A program made the translations under genes and the position numbers. This document shows positions 38,801 to 53,800 of a DNA stretch of 64,000 bases, in pieces; the first letter of the stretch is position 1, and each line of letters begins with the position of its first letter. The stretch comes from Trichosphaerium sp. ATCC 40318 (taxonomy: Eukaryota; Protista; Tubulinea). The stretch spans positions 186,001 to 250,000 of the forward strand of contig JALMLS010000093.1 of assembly GCA_038496445.1 (NCBI GenBank), given 5' to 3'. The notes below the pieces were generated by a model. That model was given only the letters and a program-made list of their open reading frames with translations. It made no database searches and was not told where the DNA came from.

Positions 38801-40771
38801 ATGACAACAAAAGTAGCTACTACTCCATCTGTACCCTCTCTGATCGACTCTACTGCGTTCAATCGCGTTATCAATTACCCAGTCATCAACTATGCATACG
38901 AAACTACTACTAGTACGTATAATAGCGTAAAAGAATACAATGGGATCGTCAAGGTAACTTTAAATACCCCGAAGTGAACTAACATGCCGTTAGAGCGCTC
39001 TCGAGTTTGGGGAACGCAACGTTGCTTCTTGTACTCAAACAGTCGCTTCTCCAGTACTTCACGTTCTCAACTCGTACAACGTTGACGTAGACAAGACAGG
39101 ATGCCAAATGCTTGACAAGGTACAGCTTTTGAACAATCTTTAACGGAAGAAAATGCTAAAAAAAGTCTAAACGGTTTGCCGGAGTACGACTTACCAACGT
39201 GGCGTCTAATAGTAACTTTATTACCACGCTCAAAGTCTCCCACTCTCAAAGCACCTTTTTTTTTTCACTTTACGAACAGTTCTCCAACTGTCGACGAACA
39301 GTTAGTTTACTGCGTGACGCTAACATTATGCGTTGTCTAAGAACCACACTAGTTTGTTTGGCCGTTAGGCGGTTATTTTACGAACCGTTATTTTTGACAC
39401 CTCTTGTTTTATTTTAGATTGAAGACAGCGTTCAATACGTGTCAGATGTTAGCGCAACTGGTCTCAATACTATCCTCGATCGCGTGGATAAGAACATTGA
39501 CTATTTCTTGCCTGAGCCTACTGCTCAAGAAACCACTCAGGAGGCCGCAAAAGAACTTGAAACGAAGTACGTTAAAAACCGTTATGATTTTTTATTTGTG
39601 AGCTTTTTTGAAAGAATCACTTTTTTGTGTTTTGTTCTTGCTTGCGTTATGTAACACAACCGGTTTTTTATCTCGAATCATCGATTCTGACATGTTTGTA
39701 ACTAGGAATACTGTACAACGCATACAGCATATGCCTCAAAAGTTGGCTTTCCGTATGATGGAGCGTGTACTTCACTCCAACATGGCAAAATACGCTAGTC
39801 CTCTCCCTCTTGTTCGCTCGCTCCTTAAGAACGCCCATAACTTTGTTGACGGCGCAAAAATGAACGGGGTACGTCTATATCTTTTTGTGCCCTCTAGTCA
39901 CATAGTCGCCTGTTGGTTTGACGTTATTTGTGCCACAGTGTTGACTGACATTCATTTTTTAGATTTCAAAGTTGATGGTACTTGGCGATACACCTGTCAC
40001 CCAGCAATTATGGAACGCTATTGTAATCCAAACAGGGCAAATAAAAGCATTATCCATCACAGGTACATACACTTTTCCCAGCCGGAGTTTTTTTTGAAAC
40101 TGACTTAAGTACAATAGTCAGTACCATGGCCATCACTACCCTTGGATATGCTGTAGACACCCTCCATGGTAAGCCTTTAGGATAGTCAACTGATTCTTAT
40201 GTTACTGGTAGATGGCGTCGTTCGTATCCCTAAGCTGCCTACCGAAGTCCTCGCAAAGTCACGTGAACTCATGTCTAAAATCGATTTCAACGTTCCTAAA
40301 GTCGTAAAGGTAATTTGTTTTTTCTTTTTGGTAATTTTGTTCTGATTACTTTTTGTAGGATGTTCAAGAAAAGAGTGCCTTTGCTATCATACGTGCCTAC
40401 AGTCTAGTTAACGATAGTCTACGAGGTGAACCTGAGAAGCTTGTTGCGGAACTCACATCCATCTACAACGGGTACCCGATCCATTTTCTTGTTGTTGCCT
40501 ATTTTACTAATTTATTTGACTTTTTAGATTGCTCCAATACCTCACAACCCTCAGCTCTACTCAAAAGGTCATCGATGTAGCTCCTGCTACTGAAAGTGAT
40601 GAAGCCGAACAAGAACAAAAGGAAGAAACTTATGAAGATGAGGCTGACGCTGATGTCTTCGATGATGAAGAGGAGGAAGAACTCTATGAACAAGATTACG
40701 AAGAGGAACAACCAGAGTCACTTGTAGATCAGGAGAAGGATGAAGCCAGCACTGATTCGGAAGATGCTTAG
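38801..40771 (+). CDS. Perilipin/PAT-domain lipid-droplet protein with acidic tail, spliced
   Basis: FNRVINYPVINYAYETTTSTYNSVKE..SALEFGERNV..GCQMLDK|IED, DRVDKNIDYFLPE. Confidence 0.75.
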
Positions 40772-40920
40772 ATTCAAAACAAAGTAAATAAACTTTCCTC
40801 ACCCTCACAAAGTCTTTTTGTTTAATATTCAGATTTCAAAGTAAACACTAAGAACTCTGAGCACTATTATAATTTTATAAAAGATGACCTCGTGTTGTTC
40901 CTTGTAATTACAAGTCAAAT

Positions 40921-43085
40921 TTAAGAACAATTGTACTTTTTCTCAATCACTTCGTGACGGTCAACACACATGACAGAGAGCGTTGGAAAATGCCACTTTC
41001 CATATTTGCGCAAGTATTAATAACTGCACAATGAACAAAAGTTAGGTCCTTGAAAGTCTACCCACTAGCCAACAACAAATACTTTAAATGAATCACTTCC
41101 TGCTACCAAAATATTAGATTTTGGATGCCAAACCGCTTCACTTATCAAGTCGTTGTCCACTACAAATCAATAAGGTTTTAGGTAAAAAGGGTTGCACAGA
41201 CAGGTTAATAATGCATCACCAACATAATAAAAATACCATGTACGTACAAGGCAGTATGCACACTACAGACTGATGGTATTTGTGGATAAAGAATAACCTT
41301 CCTTGAGCACAGCCAGTGACGATAAACTTGCCATCACTTGAAACGCTTGGTTTCATCATGCAAACAGTCTCTTTGCGATAGCTCATGAATTTCCCTGCAG
41401 CAAGAAATTACAACCAATTATCCCATTTTTCGAGACCAGTATAAACTTGGTTTAAAAGAAGTACCCATTGCTCCAAAATGTGTTGAAAACACAATTGATG
41501 AAGTATCAATATCATATAGCATCGTTATAAGAGGTAAATCATAGGCTTGATAAGGATCGTTACGTTTCTTACACCAACTGTGGTAACTAACAAGTTAGGT
41601 ATTGTCAAGTATTGATAATTTTAAGACTTTGTGGTTGCCGTACTTGATCACAAGTTGCCTTGAGTCGGGTGTAAATGAATAACCAATTATAGTCCCTTCG
41701 ACATCTATCTTACGACGTGATTGCACAACTTTACAATCAGATAACCAATCGGTCAAATCATAGATAACAATAGAATTCACTCCTTCTTCATCCATTAACA
41801 CAGCTAAAGAAAAAATAAGTTAACGAAATGCGTTCATTTTTAGTTGTGTACCAAGAGAGGCTCCGTCTGGAGAACGATACTTAATAGAGCATTGTTTGCT
41901 ATTATATCCTTGAAAGATTTTCTGGCGATCATACATGCGTGTTTCAACATTGTACAAGCCCATACTTTTATCTCCTGGATCTAAAAATAAATACAGTTAA
42001 CATAATACTACTTAAATGACATTCTGTGCTGAAAATTATGTACCATAGATAATATGTGTATTGTCAAACCAAGCAAATTCTTGCATGAAGTCTTGTTCGT
42101 TGTTAAAAGATGCTTCATGTATTGAATACTGTACGCCCTAAAAAAAGAAAAATCAGATGGTTTCTCATTTTTTTCTGAAGTTTTCGTTTGCATTTTTGGC
42201 TGCCTTACATATTTGTTGGTTCCTTGAGTATCATTGAATTTTATTATTTCAATTGTACTTGTGTTATCCCATAGTAATCCAAGATATTTACCATCTGGAG
42301 ACCATTTGTGACAGAAAGGAGAATATTCCCGTCTAGAATTTGTAGAATAAAACTTGTGAAATGGAGAACTTGAAGGATTGGAGATTTCCTCAGGTGAACA
42401 GACATGAGCGCAACCGGGCCCAGAAAAGCAAACTTTATCATCAGTTGAACAAGGTTTCCAAGAGCAACACCATACCTACCAAATCGGTCATACAAAACCT
42501 GAGTGGGAGCATTGGCAGTACAAATACAACAAATAATTTCAAACGACTTTAACCCACGTGATTCAAAGACTACGATTTATAGTCGAGACAACGTGTCAAA
42601 ATAGTGACATAGCTCATTTTAATAAACGTACTTCATCGCCAGCATCACCACTGTGTAACTTTGTAAGCCTTTTTATGTCCAACACTTTTGACAACTCCTT
42701 TGTGGTTACAGCATAAATACGAGGTTAAAAATCGATCTTTAACGCACAATACGCCAATTTTCTGAAGTAGGAGTGATACTACGGTCAATGGTAACGAGTT
42801 CGAGGTATTTTTTCTGTAAAGGTGTCAGATTTAAACACAACGATTACAAACCTTCCACAGCATCTCAAAGCGTGTTACACTTGACCAGTAGCTAATTTTA
42901 AAGTAAACTAACGTTATTAATGTCAACCATACGAGCAAACCCTTGCAATTGATGGAACATCAGCTAAATCAGCGTGCTAAAGAGCTTATTTAGATGAATA
43001 ACTTCAAAGAACAACGCATTACCAAAAAGCACTCCAACAAACATTCAACAGGTAGTATTGATATGTCCTGAGCCACCAAAGCCAT
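40921..43085 (-). CDS. F-box plus beta-propeller (WD40-like) protein, many exons
   Basis: N-terminal ISILPVECLLECF, and blades YSFTPDSRQLVI, SVSSDGKFIVTGCAQG, AVWHPKSNILVAGSD. Confidence 0.7.
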
Positions 43086-43205
43086 TTTGCTTAGTCTATT
43101 TTTCTTGTTTTGACGTTGTAAAAAGAGCCACATTTTTCTGTGATTGTCAAACTGAGTAATTCAAAAAAATACGGTTTATTTTTTTCTGTCTTCTTTCTCT
43201 TCGAC

Positions 43206-46200
43206 ATGAAGCGTAAAAACCGAAAAGACGCTAAAGATAAGAAGCGTAAACGCGGTGGTAGCGCTTCGCGGGCTCATGGCGATTTTAAAAACCAATCTAA
43301 TAAAGAGAAACTGCAAAACCCTAAGAGAAAACGCGTACATAGACCGCTCGTACTAAAATCTAAAGGTGTCGTGTTTTTATAGCTATGAAAACTTACAAAA
43401 GTAGCTCTGGTGCTCCCCGACCAGCGTAGAACCCATGAAGAAGACAATAATGGAGTACATTCTTAACTTTTGGACAATATTTTTATTTACGCGTATTAAG
43501 GTGGTAACTACAAAAAATAAGCTCAGTGTAAACGATTTATTGCCTTTACTTGATCACTACAATCCAAATGTCCGAAAAGGTACATAGCATTAACAAAACA
43601 GCACAACGTGCTTTTAATACGCCTACACAAACCGTAATTTTAACTACAGCGAGCTAAGAGAGTTTTTTTTGCAAAATCTCCTAACGACGATATTTTACGC
43701 CTATTAACAACGCGTAGAATCACTACTGGGATTAACAGAATTGTACACGAACAATCCTAAACAGATGGTAAAGGAGCTGAGTCAAGTAATCGAAAAGGCA
43801 TCACAAGTCATAAATGATCCAGAACGCATCGTCCGTAAAGCACTATTGTTATGTTTAAAAGCAATATTTACTGGTGTCTCAGAAGTACGCCACAAAAAAA
43901 ACCCGGTTTGGAAGTTTTGATTTTATCTAAACGCACGTGTGTTTTAGGTCGAGATTATGCCTTTCTTTCCAGTCCTTCTTGTGTTTGTATCAAGTGGGCT
44001 TACGTATTTCATACGTCAAATTCGCCTTGATTCTCTTGAAGCGTTGACAATGATGATATCTTACTACCCTGGTCTAGTTTCTCAATTTCAAACACAAGTA
44101 TGTTTTTTTTTTTAATGTTGTTTGTTTTTCTGTTGTAATGCGTATCTACTTTTAGCTGCTACCTCATTTACTGCAATTGCTTGAAGATCAAACTGGCACA
44201 GGCAGTTCCATACTTACGTTTCGTGTCAAGGTATGCGGTTGCTGTAGTTTAAGAGGGCTGACCGTTGTCTTGTAGGTCATTGATGTTTTAAACAAATTGA
44301 CAAAAGCAACTCTTGCGAAAGTTACAGAAGAAGCGACAGAAAGTCGTGACTTGACATTCAATACTGGTGAAGAATCTTTATCAGCCAAGCTACAATTAAC
44401 AAGACCTGAGCCTATTCGCCTGTCATCTCTATTTAACGACAACGTTATGGATAAAACAGATGAGCTTAAATCAGACAGCCAATTTGCCCAAAAAACTAGT
44501 TTCGCAACCACTGCTGACAAAGACGATGACGATGTGGGATACAAGTCTAAATCTTTATCACTTGATAGTGTTGAAGAGTATGTTGACTATGTCAAGCGAT
44601 TATTCCCACTTCTGGCAGCGACTTGGATCGACACCAACCCTAACCAAGCATCAACAAACAGGTATTTAAAAATGTTTGCCAGGATTTTTTCTGACATTGT
44701 TTGTAGTACAGCGAATTGGATTATCATTACAGAAACCCTATCTCATTCTGTTTATTGTGGCATACAAATGATTAAAAATTGTGATCAGGTAAGCATGATA
44801 GCACCACATGTTATTTAAATTGAAAAAAAGAATGTTAACTTTTAATTTTTCTAGAAACCTGTGACACTTCATAGTTTCTTGCACCCATTGTTCAGTCATT
44901 ATAAGCGCCTTATTCTTCCATCCTTTCCTATTATTGCAAATAAATCATGGCCTATGAACAAGGTACGCACTGTTGTTTCCCGGAAAATACAAAGGAAGCT
45001 AATTAATGTGGTAGTTGGAAGAACTGGCTCAAGTCAATGTAACTTTAGCTACAATTGGTGGGCACTTCCTTTATCTCAACCAAGTACGTTATAATCAACC
45101 ATTGATAACACCACCAAACTAATTAAAACCAAAAGAAAAAAGTTGCCCAACTTATTTACAACCCTCTTATGGGCTACTTGAAAAAAATATATGAAGTAAA
45201 AGGTACCAATCACAACACCACTTATTTTCACGTTTCTAAACGCTGACATTAGGAAAGATAAACATGGGCGCAAAGCTTCTACCTTGTATCAGGTTAATAC
45301 TATCCAGAAATTATCAAAACAATGAAACAACTACAGTAGTTGAGGATGTACGCTTTGTTTGTTTGTTTGTTCCTATTGTTTTTGTATTAACTTTCTATTT
45401 GAAGTGGGTAGAAAAGTACTTGTCAAAACTCAATAGCAAAGTACCTCCTGGGATTGATGCTTTTGTTGATATGCTATCTGGTATCTTATACGAGGAAAAA
45501 TACTACAAGCCAAGCGGTGATAACCTTATAAAATGGCTTGGGCGAATGCCAAAATTTCTTTGGGAGCTCAAAGCTGTACGACGCTTTTAAACCAAAAGAA
45601 GTGATCAAGATGTCTCATTGTTTTATTTAGGACCAACCAGAATTATCTGAAAAGATAATTGATCTATTGCTAAGACTATTCAGAGAGAACAAGCACCCAG
45701 AAGAACAAACCAAAGTGGCTATGATGCTCTCACCTATTTTATACACATCTGTCACAAAGAATTCACGTGTCTTTGAGTTGTATGGACCATTTATAAGCTT
45801 TTCAGAGCACCTACAGAGGCGCATGATCGAGTTACTTTATTTTACTGGTCATTTGAATGAGAAGGCCATCGTAGCAGTATCCAAAGTTGCTACAAGTACG
45901 TCCAACATTGTGAAGTCTTTTTTAATAATTGTTGACGTCCTAATTTAATGTGTAGATTCCAAAGTTAGTTTCAATATTGTACAGTACATTATCGAGACGC
46001 TCAGTTTTCCTACAAGTGTAAGTGATACGGATGCATACTTGGAATGTTTGTTTACTGTATTGGTTGGAAATTGCAACGAGGAAATCAATAATACGTCAAT
46101 GGACGTCGACGGAGAAGAAGACTCCTTTGAAGATGATTCAAGAGGAGAAAAAACAGCCTTATTCATAGCCTATCATTTACATTCATTGGGTTTAAAGAGT

Positions 46201-46874
46201 GACATGATGTCATCATTCGCTGAAGAGTTTGATGAAGAGCTTAGTGACGCAAAACAGGATAGCACAAAAAGTGCAGGCATATTCAGATTTTTGGGAAAAT
46301 GCTGTGCACTTGGTGAAGCTATGATAACCGATGGAGAACAAGAGGATAGTATTATTCCACGTGACTTGAGGAAGAAGTTAGCTGGACATTTAGTAAATTA
46401 TTTAATGCAGTTCAAAAACGGCAAGGTAAGCACGAATTTTTGAGGTTTTTTTTTGGCTCGAGAAAAAAGCGACGGCAGATGATTCAACTGTTATTGTGTT
46501 GACTGTGTACTTATTAATTTGTTTTAGCTGGTTCCTGTAGATATCACACCTTGCTTGGATCTCCTAGGGCATAATGCAGATATTTTTAAAGGTCTGGTGA
46601 ACAATGTTCTTAAGTCAGATGCTTCTGCAAACTTAATGCAATTGCTTAAGAGTATATTACCTCATTTTGACGTCCTGGAGGTACGCACATTTTACTTTTT
46701 GTACATTGTTTAAAATAAGCGCTTATGTTCTATCCAAAGGCTACTATTGTGAGTTCCATGAGCGTAATGAATAAAGCTCAGAAGGCAATATCTGAACATG
46801 ACTTTAAATTCTCGAAGCGATTTGAAACAGAGTTGAATCTTCTCACTGACTCCAAGATGGAAACTGATGATTAA
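43206..46874 (+). CDS. TEX10: TEX10/Ipi1 rixosome subunit, many exons
   Basis: Basic N-terminus, KSK|ALVLPDQ, LSVNDLLPLLDHYNPNVRK|ESLLGLTEL, NDPERIVRKALL, IRLDSLEAL. Confidence 0.78.
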
Positions 46875-47226
46875 AATGTAAATAAACAGAAATTACATGT
46901 ACACACTTTGTTGCAACCTATGATACATACAGGGAACCTGAAGTAACACGGACTGAAGTTGATTTTTTATTGCTCTCCATATTGTATCTCGTTGTTGTGA
47001 CCTTGTGCAGCGTTAATGTCGTGTTATGTTATTTGCCATTCTATGCATGACGCCAAGGACACTTCCTCACGAAGTTAGATAGACTCTATGCAAACATATG
47101 GTAACACAAACAGCTTGATGATAGGTTAAGGAAATAATGGATGTATCAAGACAGCATTGTTGAAACGATACACTATTATTTTATTGCAAATCCATCATGT
47201 TGTTCAAAGTGGTAAACAACTTGAAC

Positions 47227-49433
47227 TACCTATATTTAGCTAGTAGTTCTTCCAGCTCTATAGATCTACGTAGACACTCACGCTCACTTGCTGTTTTACC
47301 ATTAGTATCAAACCTAAGAAAAAAGTTAGCCTTTTGTGTTCAGAAGCAGTGTTAAGCCATGCCATTCTAATGTCTCCTGAGCTTTCTGTTTTAGCATTGT
47401 TTTGACATCTTCTGAAAACTTGGCGACTTGCCAGCTATGTTCTGTGACGATAAAATCCTCAATATATTTGGCTTTCAATCTTGCTATCTTCTCGGCACTA
47501 TTTAAAGATTAACACGTGATTCGAAAAAATGAAGTTGATTTTTAAATACGTACTGTCCTAAATACATCATACCGCTGGTCAACGATTTGTTCTTTGTGTT
47601 GAAAAGCAATACGCCATCAGATCCACCAAACTTTAGATTTATAAACAGATTGTCATCTATTTCAGCAACCTAACAAAGGATTTAACAAGAAGCAGTCACA
47701 CCTCTTCATACGTTTCCGTAGTAGGCTCGTTTGGACGTGATCTCCTCTAGAGCAGGTTCATTGAACGCTATTAAAAACGGTTGGTATAAACTAGTGTGGT
47801 GGAGAAGCGCGTGACCAAATTCTACTCTAAGGCGTACATGTTGCAAAAAAAGTGCCTCGTTCTAATTCCAACTTTATGCCAGTGGGTTGTAAATTCGAAT
47901 TAAAGTGAGTTACAGTGGCTGTACCACACAAAGATAAGTTCCTAGTGGTGGATTTAGGTAATTGGTTTGCCTTGGGGGTAAACAAGGACGTGCCAGCGTG
48001 AGGTATGACCACTTAGTTTGCTCTCAATCAAACACCTGCAAACTGGGTCCTTCAACCGCTAATGAAAGTCAATCTTGAATCAAATCCAAATATGAAATGC
48101 TACCTGCTTAGAAGAGAACTTTATATCTACTGAAACAGGTTCGGGAGGTGGCTCATCAAAATACTCTTCGGACTCTTCGATTAGCATATCCAAAGGTGGT
48201 TGACATAGAAGTTCATCATAGTCAGGTTCTTTAAAATGTTGACAAAGCTTAACAAAAAAAAACCAATTAATAATTAATGCTTGTTGGTATTCTGAACAGC
48301 TGGTTATTATCTAACCTGAGATCTCAATGGTGCGAAAAATAATCTAAAGCTTGCGCCTCCACCATTGCATTTCTTATCAACCAGTTTAAAAATCTCATTC
48401 TGGATAACGCTTGGATCATCTAAAAGTATTAAGTAAAAAAGAAGAAAAAAAAGAGAAAGATATACCAGCGTAGTAAGTGGCGTCAAAAACGCCACGAAGC
48501 TTCTTCAAAGCCATAGCTTTAATATAGAATATTTTCCAATCCTTGGGCGCATACGTTGACAATGCCTTGGTACTCCATTGACGCGCTAATTTATGTAGTG
48601 AGTCAATGCTATTCAAGAAAGAAATCGTACCAACAAAATCCTTCCAAAGACTTTGATTTCTTGACGCTTTATGCCATAAGGTAGATACAACACTAGAATG
48701 AAATTATAAATCCTAAGTTTATTGTTTAACTTTGTTTTAAGTACCTGACATTTACGACTTGATTAACATCTAAGTTTTGCATCACGTGATAAATCAGATC
48801 TTCTAATCCTGTCCATGACGTTTGCCTTAGACCTGCTCAGTAGCTGTACAAAAGAAACATTCCACGCACGTCTCAGATGTAGGGTTACTATTAATTTCAA
48901 GAGAGCTCAATTGGGTACTGGGATTGAGGTACTTGGTGTTAGGAATAGTGAAGCTTGATTTCTTTTCTGCTCGTTCTTTACGCTCATCTTCCAACTGTTT
49001 CCAAAAAGTCCACAACATCCTGATGTTTATCACAAAGCGAAAATAAATATTATTGATTGTACATTTCTTCCTGACCATCTGAAGGAGAACCATAAAATTT
49101 CACGTGCTCGGCGGTCAGCTCTAAACAAATTAAGTTAACTGGGAAAGGCAGCTAGTATGTGGGTACTTTTTCCAAAGTAAGTGTATTCTTCACGTGACAG
49201 GTAATCTTTTAGTGTTGAGAACTGCGTCTTTAGTTCGGTAGGTCGCTCTAGAGCTTCTAAATAAATGGGTTTAGTTAAGTTACGCTTGTATATAGATCAT
49301 TACCATCCAAATCAATGACATTATTTATATTTCCCTAACATCATTTACAGTTAACTCTAACGTTCTATAATATGTATTGGTACATCTTTATCTTTTCTAT
49401 GTGGCTGTCCAACATCATAAACCCATTTCCCAT
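47227..49433 (-). CDS. Uncharacterised helical/TPR-like protein with an Hsp70-lid-like C-terminus, many exons
   Basis: Regular exon/intron pattern, KALSTYAPKDWKIFYIKAMALKKL, terminal KAQETLEWFDTNGKTASERECLRRSIELEELLAKYR*. The start is uncertain. Confidence 0.5.
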
Positions 49434-49695
49434 CGACTACAACACAGATAAACGAGGGGGTTTGCGAAGAACTTGTTGTTTGTCGGTTTCTTACCTACGA
49501 ATTTGTATTCTATTTCTTCTAAGTATCTAAACTGCTTGGCGTAGTGTCTAAACGCTTAATTAATGTTATACATGTACCGGTTCGCTCTCACGTGGTGACA
49601 AACACTTTTTCAACTTTTTTTAGCGGTATCTTAGTCTCCCAGTTATCCCAACTCCCACACACTTCGTGAAAAAAGTGTTAACATCATTTGGTACA

Positions 49696-49717
49696 TAAAA
49701 AAAAAAAAAAAAAAAAA
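49696..49717 (+). repeat. Poly(A) tract of about 22 nt
   Basis: Homopolymer in intergenic DNA. Confidence 0.85.
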
Positions 49718-49983
49718 GCTTATGAATTGGTCACCTGATACCTCGGTTCCTTCATAAGGCCATAGAAAATCAACTAGAAAGTGTCAATATAATAATAAAA
49801 ACGGTTCTAGAACAACCTCCATAGTCCATGTTTAGACACAAACAACAATCGTCTTCTGCACGTGCCTGCCGTCACTTATGGTTATTCTGTCGACTGGGAC
49901 GTCAATAAAGGCGTTGACCAAAATGTCCAGTTTTAACAAGGAACACGACCCAAATTAAGAGAGTTGACAATATTGGTATTATT

Positions 49984-50457
49984 TTATTGTTTTGTTGCTT
50001 CTTCGAGAGCCTTTTTAAGCTTTGGTAGCTCACTACTAATAACTTTAATGTTCTCTTCATGAGCGTTTGGGATAGCCTTAATATAAGATACATTACGCGT
50101 GATAGAGACTGTACATTTGCCAGGTTGTCCATCCAAGGGATTTACTGTTATCACTCCAAGATACGACTCGAAAAAAAGAGCAGGGCAGTTCACTCTATAT
50201 ACTAGCGTCATGGTTGCGTCGTCCAAAAGCTCAACGTCTTCTGTAGCTACTTTGCCTGCGAAATCAAACTCTACAGTTCCTTTTAGCGTTTCAGCGCTCT
50301 CTTGGTTTGCCCAACGAGGGTTTACGCCTGGTAAGACGATGTCAAGCAATTTGGTAATATCTCTAATTGAGTTCCATACTTTCTCCGGTGAAACCTCTAT
50401 TTCTTCTGAAAATACAATTCGTTGTTCTTCGTTGGTTGGTTCAGGAACTGTGTACAT
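49984..50457 (-). CDS. SRPBCC/polyketide-cyclase-2 (START-like) protein, single coding exon
   Basis: EEIEVSPEKVWNSIRD, EDVELLDDATMTLVYRV, YLGVITVNP..GKCTV. Confidence 0.75.
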   Translation of the reverse strand: MYTVPEPTNEEQRIVFSEEIEVSPEKVWNSIRDITKLLDIVLPGVNPRWANQESAETLKGTVEFDFAGKVATEDVELLDDATMTLVYRVNCPALFFESYLGVITVNPLDGQPGKCTVSITRNVSYIKAIPNAHEENIKVISSELPKLKKALEEATKQ

Positions 50458-50807
50458 CGTTTTTCTCGATTATTATGCTCTCTGTACTTAAGGGCGGTTT
50501 TAAGTCATTAGTTAGCTCAATCACGTGTGCTTGTAACAGTACCACAAGCGCGTAGAGAATGTATTTATGTAATAAAGACCACTTTTGGTACAAAAAGCCT
50601 TATACCAAAGTATTCGAAACAGTAATTTAAGTTGCACTTGTGATTACTACGAGTAAGTGAGTAACTAAGAAGCGCTAATGTGAACTTATAATTGCCTTTC
50701 AATGTTACAGCAACTTTTAACGGCCAAGAGTGTCTGCTAAGGGGTAAAAGATTACAACAGTTTTTATCCAATTCTTAAATTATTCTACATTTTATTGTTT
50801 GAGTTTA

Positions 50808-53800
50808 CTATTTGAATACTAAGCTAAGCTTTGTCCAACAAGATGTATCTAGTGTTTCAGAAGTACACAATTTTATTAAACCACGTTCTTTTGGAGCTAG
50901 AACAAAAACCAAAGTCAACGAACATTGCAAACCAAAAAACACAATGAAACAAACCGTACCACTTGCTGCAGCGTCTAGTAAAATGGATATTTCAGTTTTA
51001 CCATATCGCCATGCCATTTGAATTATATTTTTAACTTCTATAACATACGTCTTTTTGCTGACAGGGGCAATTTTACCAAGAGATCCAAACTGGGATGCGA
51101 AATATCAGGTGTAAAGAATATCTTATTTTTTTGCAATCTTACCTTTTTAATTCCTCTTAAGGACGCCCATGTGAGATTTGATTGCGTCCAGTTATTGTCT
51201 ATATGACTGATAGCAAGGAATTTTGATTTTGAGGTAAAGATGCCAGTCACTAAAGTGAAGAAAGAGGAAGAGTAAGAACACCAAAAAAACATCATTTGTA
51301 GTACGCACCAAGTGCAGGCGTTAAAGAAATCTTTGCGCTAGCAAGCGCTTTATTTTTAGGTAATTCTGGTACAGCAAACTAGCGTACTGTCATTCCATGT
51401 AGGGCTTTGTTTTTTTTATAAATTCTAACTTAGTACCTTCATTAGAGCCTTCCACCTGTGGCTTGGATTAAATGATTGTCTTACTTGCACGTGAAGAGCT
51501 GAATAGAAAGAGTCAAACTTGATGTGAATGCAATAGTTTACCTACCTGGCTTCCAATTTAGTGAAGCACCTTCACCTCCACTGCAATGTGCAATGTCCAA
51601 AGGATGTTTTGTTATTTGTATCGTACTGCCGGTCTTGTCTTTTGCAGAGTTACTCAGAGATGCTTTCTTTTTGCTGTATTAAGCGAATTAGTACAAAAGA
51701 GAAGTTAAGTTTTGAATAACAGTACCTGTTGGCAGTTGGTTTGATGAGTTTTGGTTCAACTTTTTTTTCTTCTGGTAACACAAAGGTTACTTCTATGTTT
51801 GGGTTGTAGTATCTACTTTCTCTGCTATGGAATACCTAGTCGTTTATTAATACACTAAAACATTTGTGAGCTGCGTACAGCGCGTGTGGCACCATAGTCT
51901 ACAAATCTTCCATTGTCAGGGTAAGGCACTCTGCCTTCAATGCCTATTGCGATTCCAAAGTTTGTGCTGTTCAGCCAATGCTATTGAGTCTTGAGAAAAC
52001 AATACGACGTATTATACAATAAGTACAAACCTGGGCGATGCCTGTGATAGGTATCTTTATCCAGCCATTATCCCTACTCAAGTTTTTGATAAAAATTAAA
52101 GTAGGCGCCAAGGATCATACCAGTTTGAGTTTGGATAAGGTCCAGGAACATAGAACGGGTTTTTCTCACCGTTTGGATGATTTTCAACGTGTTTAGTTAT
52201 CGAGAACAGTTCTGGTTTTCTGAGAGATCCTATTAAAGTGTTGTTTGTCCATGAAGCATCTTTTCTACGTCAAACAAATAAGAAAGTCTGAAAAATTTTT
52301 TAGATGTTACCTTGCATTGTTATGGCATAACTCGTCTTCAGCCCACCCTGAGTTTAGAGCCCATACCTTTAATAAGCCTGCGCTTGGCCAGGTTGATGCA
52401 CAGTATATATTTAACATTGCGTTTAGTACAATAGATCCTTGAGGTATATCATCCAAAGAAGTGTAGAGAAAGGCTAGCTGGGTTAAGAAAATATATTTTG
52501 TCAAAAGTTTTACCATGTTTCTCTCTGTCATCGTTGTTCGCCTACAGAACTGTTTAGAGAAATTTTAATAGTTTTCTATACCTCTACTACAAGGAGAGAA
52601 CTTAAACCATAGTTGTCATTTGGTAAACGGCTGTTGGAGTAGGTATCGGCTGCAAAAATAAAATTACTAACAACCAAAAATTAAACATTACTTTGAGCGC
52701 ACCTATCATATCAACATTTATCTGACGAATTCTTGGGTTAAGAGAAGGATGATCTTTACCTTCTATAACATACTTCTAAAGTAACAATCAAATTTTTTGC
52801 TAGTGAGTAAGGATAGGACATACTTTTATTTCATCAAGTTTTGCTACGCTCAAAAAACTACGAAGCAAATATCCATTCTCTGATAATGCTATCGGGTTAC
52901 TTGTAGGATTACGATAAGCCCCATCAGATAAATGAAAACCATCCTTTGCAATAACTGATCCATGCCAACTAACCTCTGGAGGAGGGTGACGACGGATAAT
53001 CTCTTGGAATAGATCAATAATCGGAATTGCTCTTTCTTTCGCCAGTTCTTTAATGACTTTGTTTGTCGCTATTACCTAACTTTAGGGTTTAAAAAAAGTC
53101 CTTTATACGTATATTAGTACCTCAGGCATGAATCCAAGCATAGGTGGGAGAGTGGATAGTACAGGAATTATTTTGGCACGCTTTAGGCTCTTTACGATAC
53201 TGCGCAAATTTACTGAACAGTTTTCAGTTTTATGCAAGTACAATCATATGACGTACGTTGTATACTCTTTTGTTTCCTCCCTGATCGTACATCTACACTA
53301 CCCAACATAACAATAGCCACCATAGCATCGGTAACTTCTAAACCAGAAAAAATCAACTTTTTTTGTTGTTTGTTTTTCAAAAAATTTGTGCCACGTGTCA
53401 TCACGTGATCTTTGTACGTACCTGCAACATCAAAACTGGCACATTTTGTAATGTGCTCCTACGACGAAGTAAGATAATGGTAACAACAGTATGCACAAAA
53501 AGCCAAAGAACAAGGTAAAGGTGCGTACTGTTACATTCAAAAGCACATCAATCGGTTTTTTCGTTGGACAGTAAGTTGTCAAGCCAGTAAAATCTCTTGT
53601 GGATACTCCAACGTAATCACCAGTACGTAATCCGGATGCTGCAGTGTAACTATGACCTATTGGTGTACCATCACAGCAAGAAAAAGTGGCTAGAGCCCAT
53701 CCGTTCTTGGATGCTTATTGTAGCTGTTAAATAGTCAAAACATAACCTATTACGCACTAGGAGATGTATTACTACAAGGATGGCCTCCTTTACTCCATGA

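Noticed and set aside
47110-47172. Minus-strand GTATCGTTT...TTCCTTAAC, or plus-strand GTTAAGGAAATAA, resembling a U12 intron or U12 snRNA
   Set aside because: It lies beyond the stop and AATAAA of the upstream gene with no flanking ORF. U12 snRNA has GUAAGG and stems that are not seen here.
49696-49717. Poly(A) tract as a retroelement tail
   Set aside because: No target-site duplication, RT ORF or second copy in the window.
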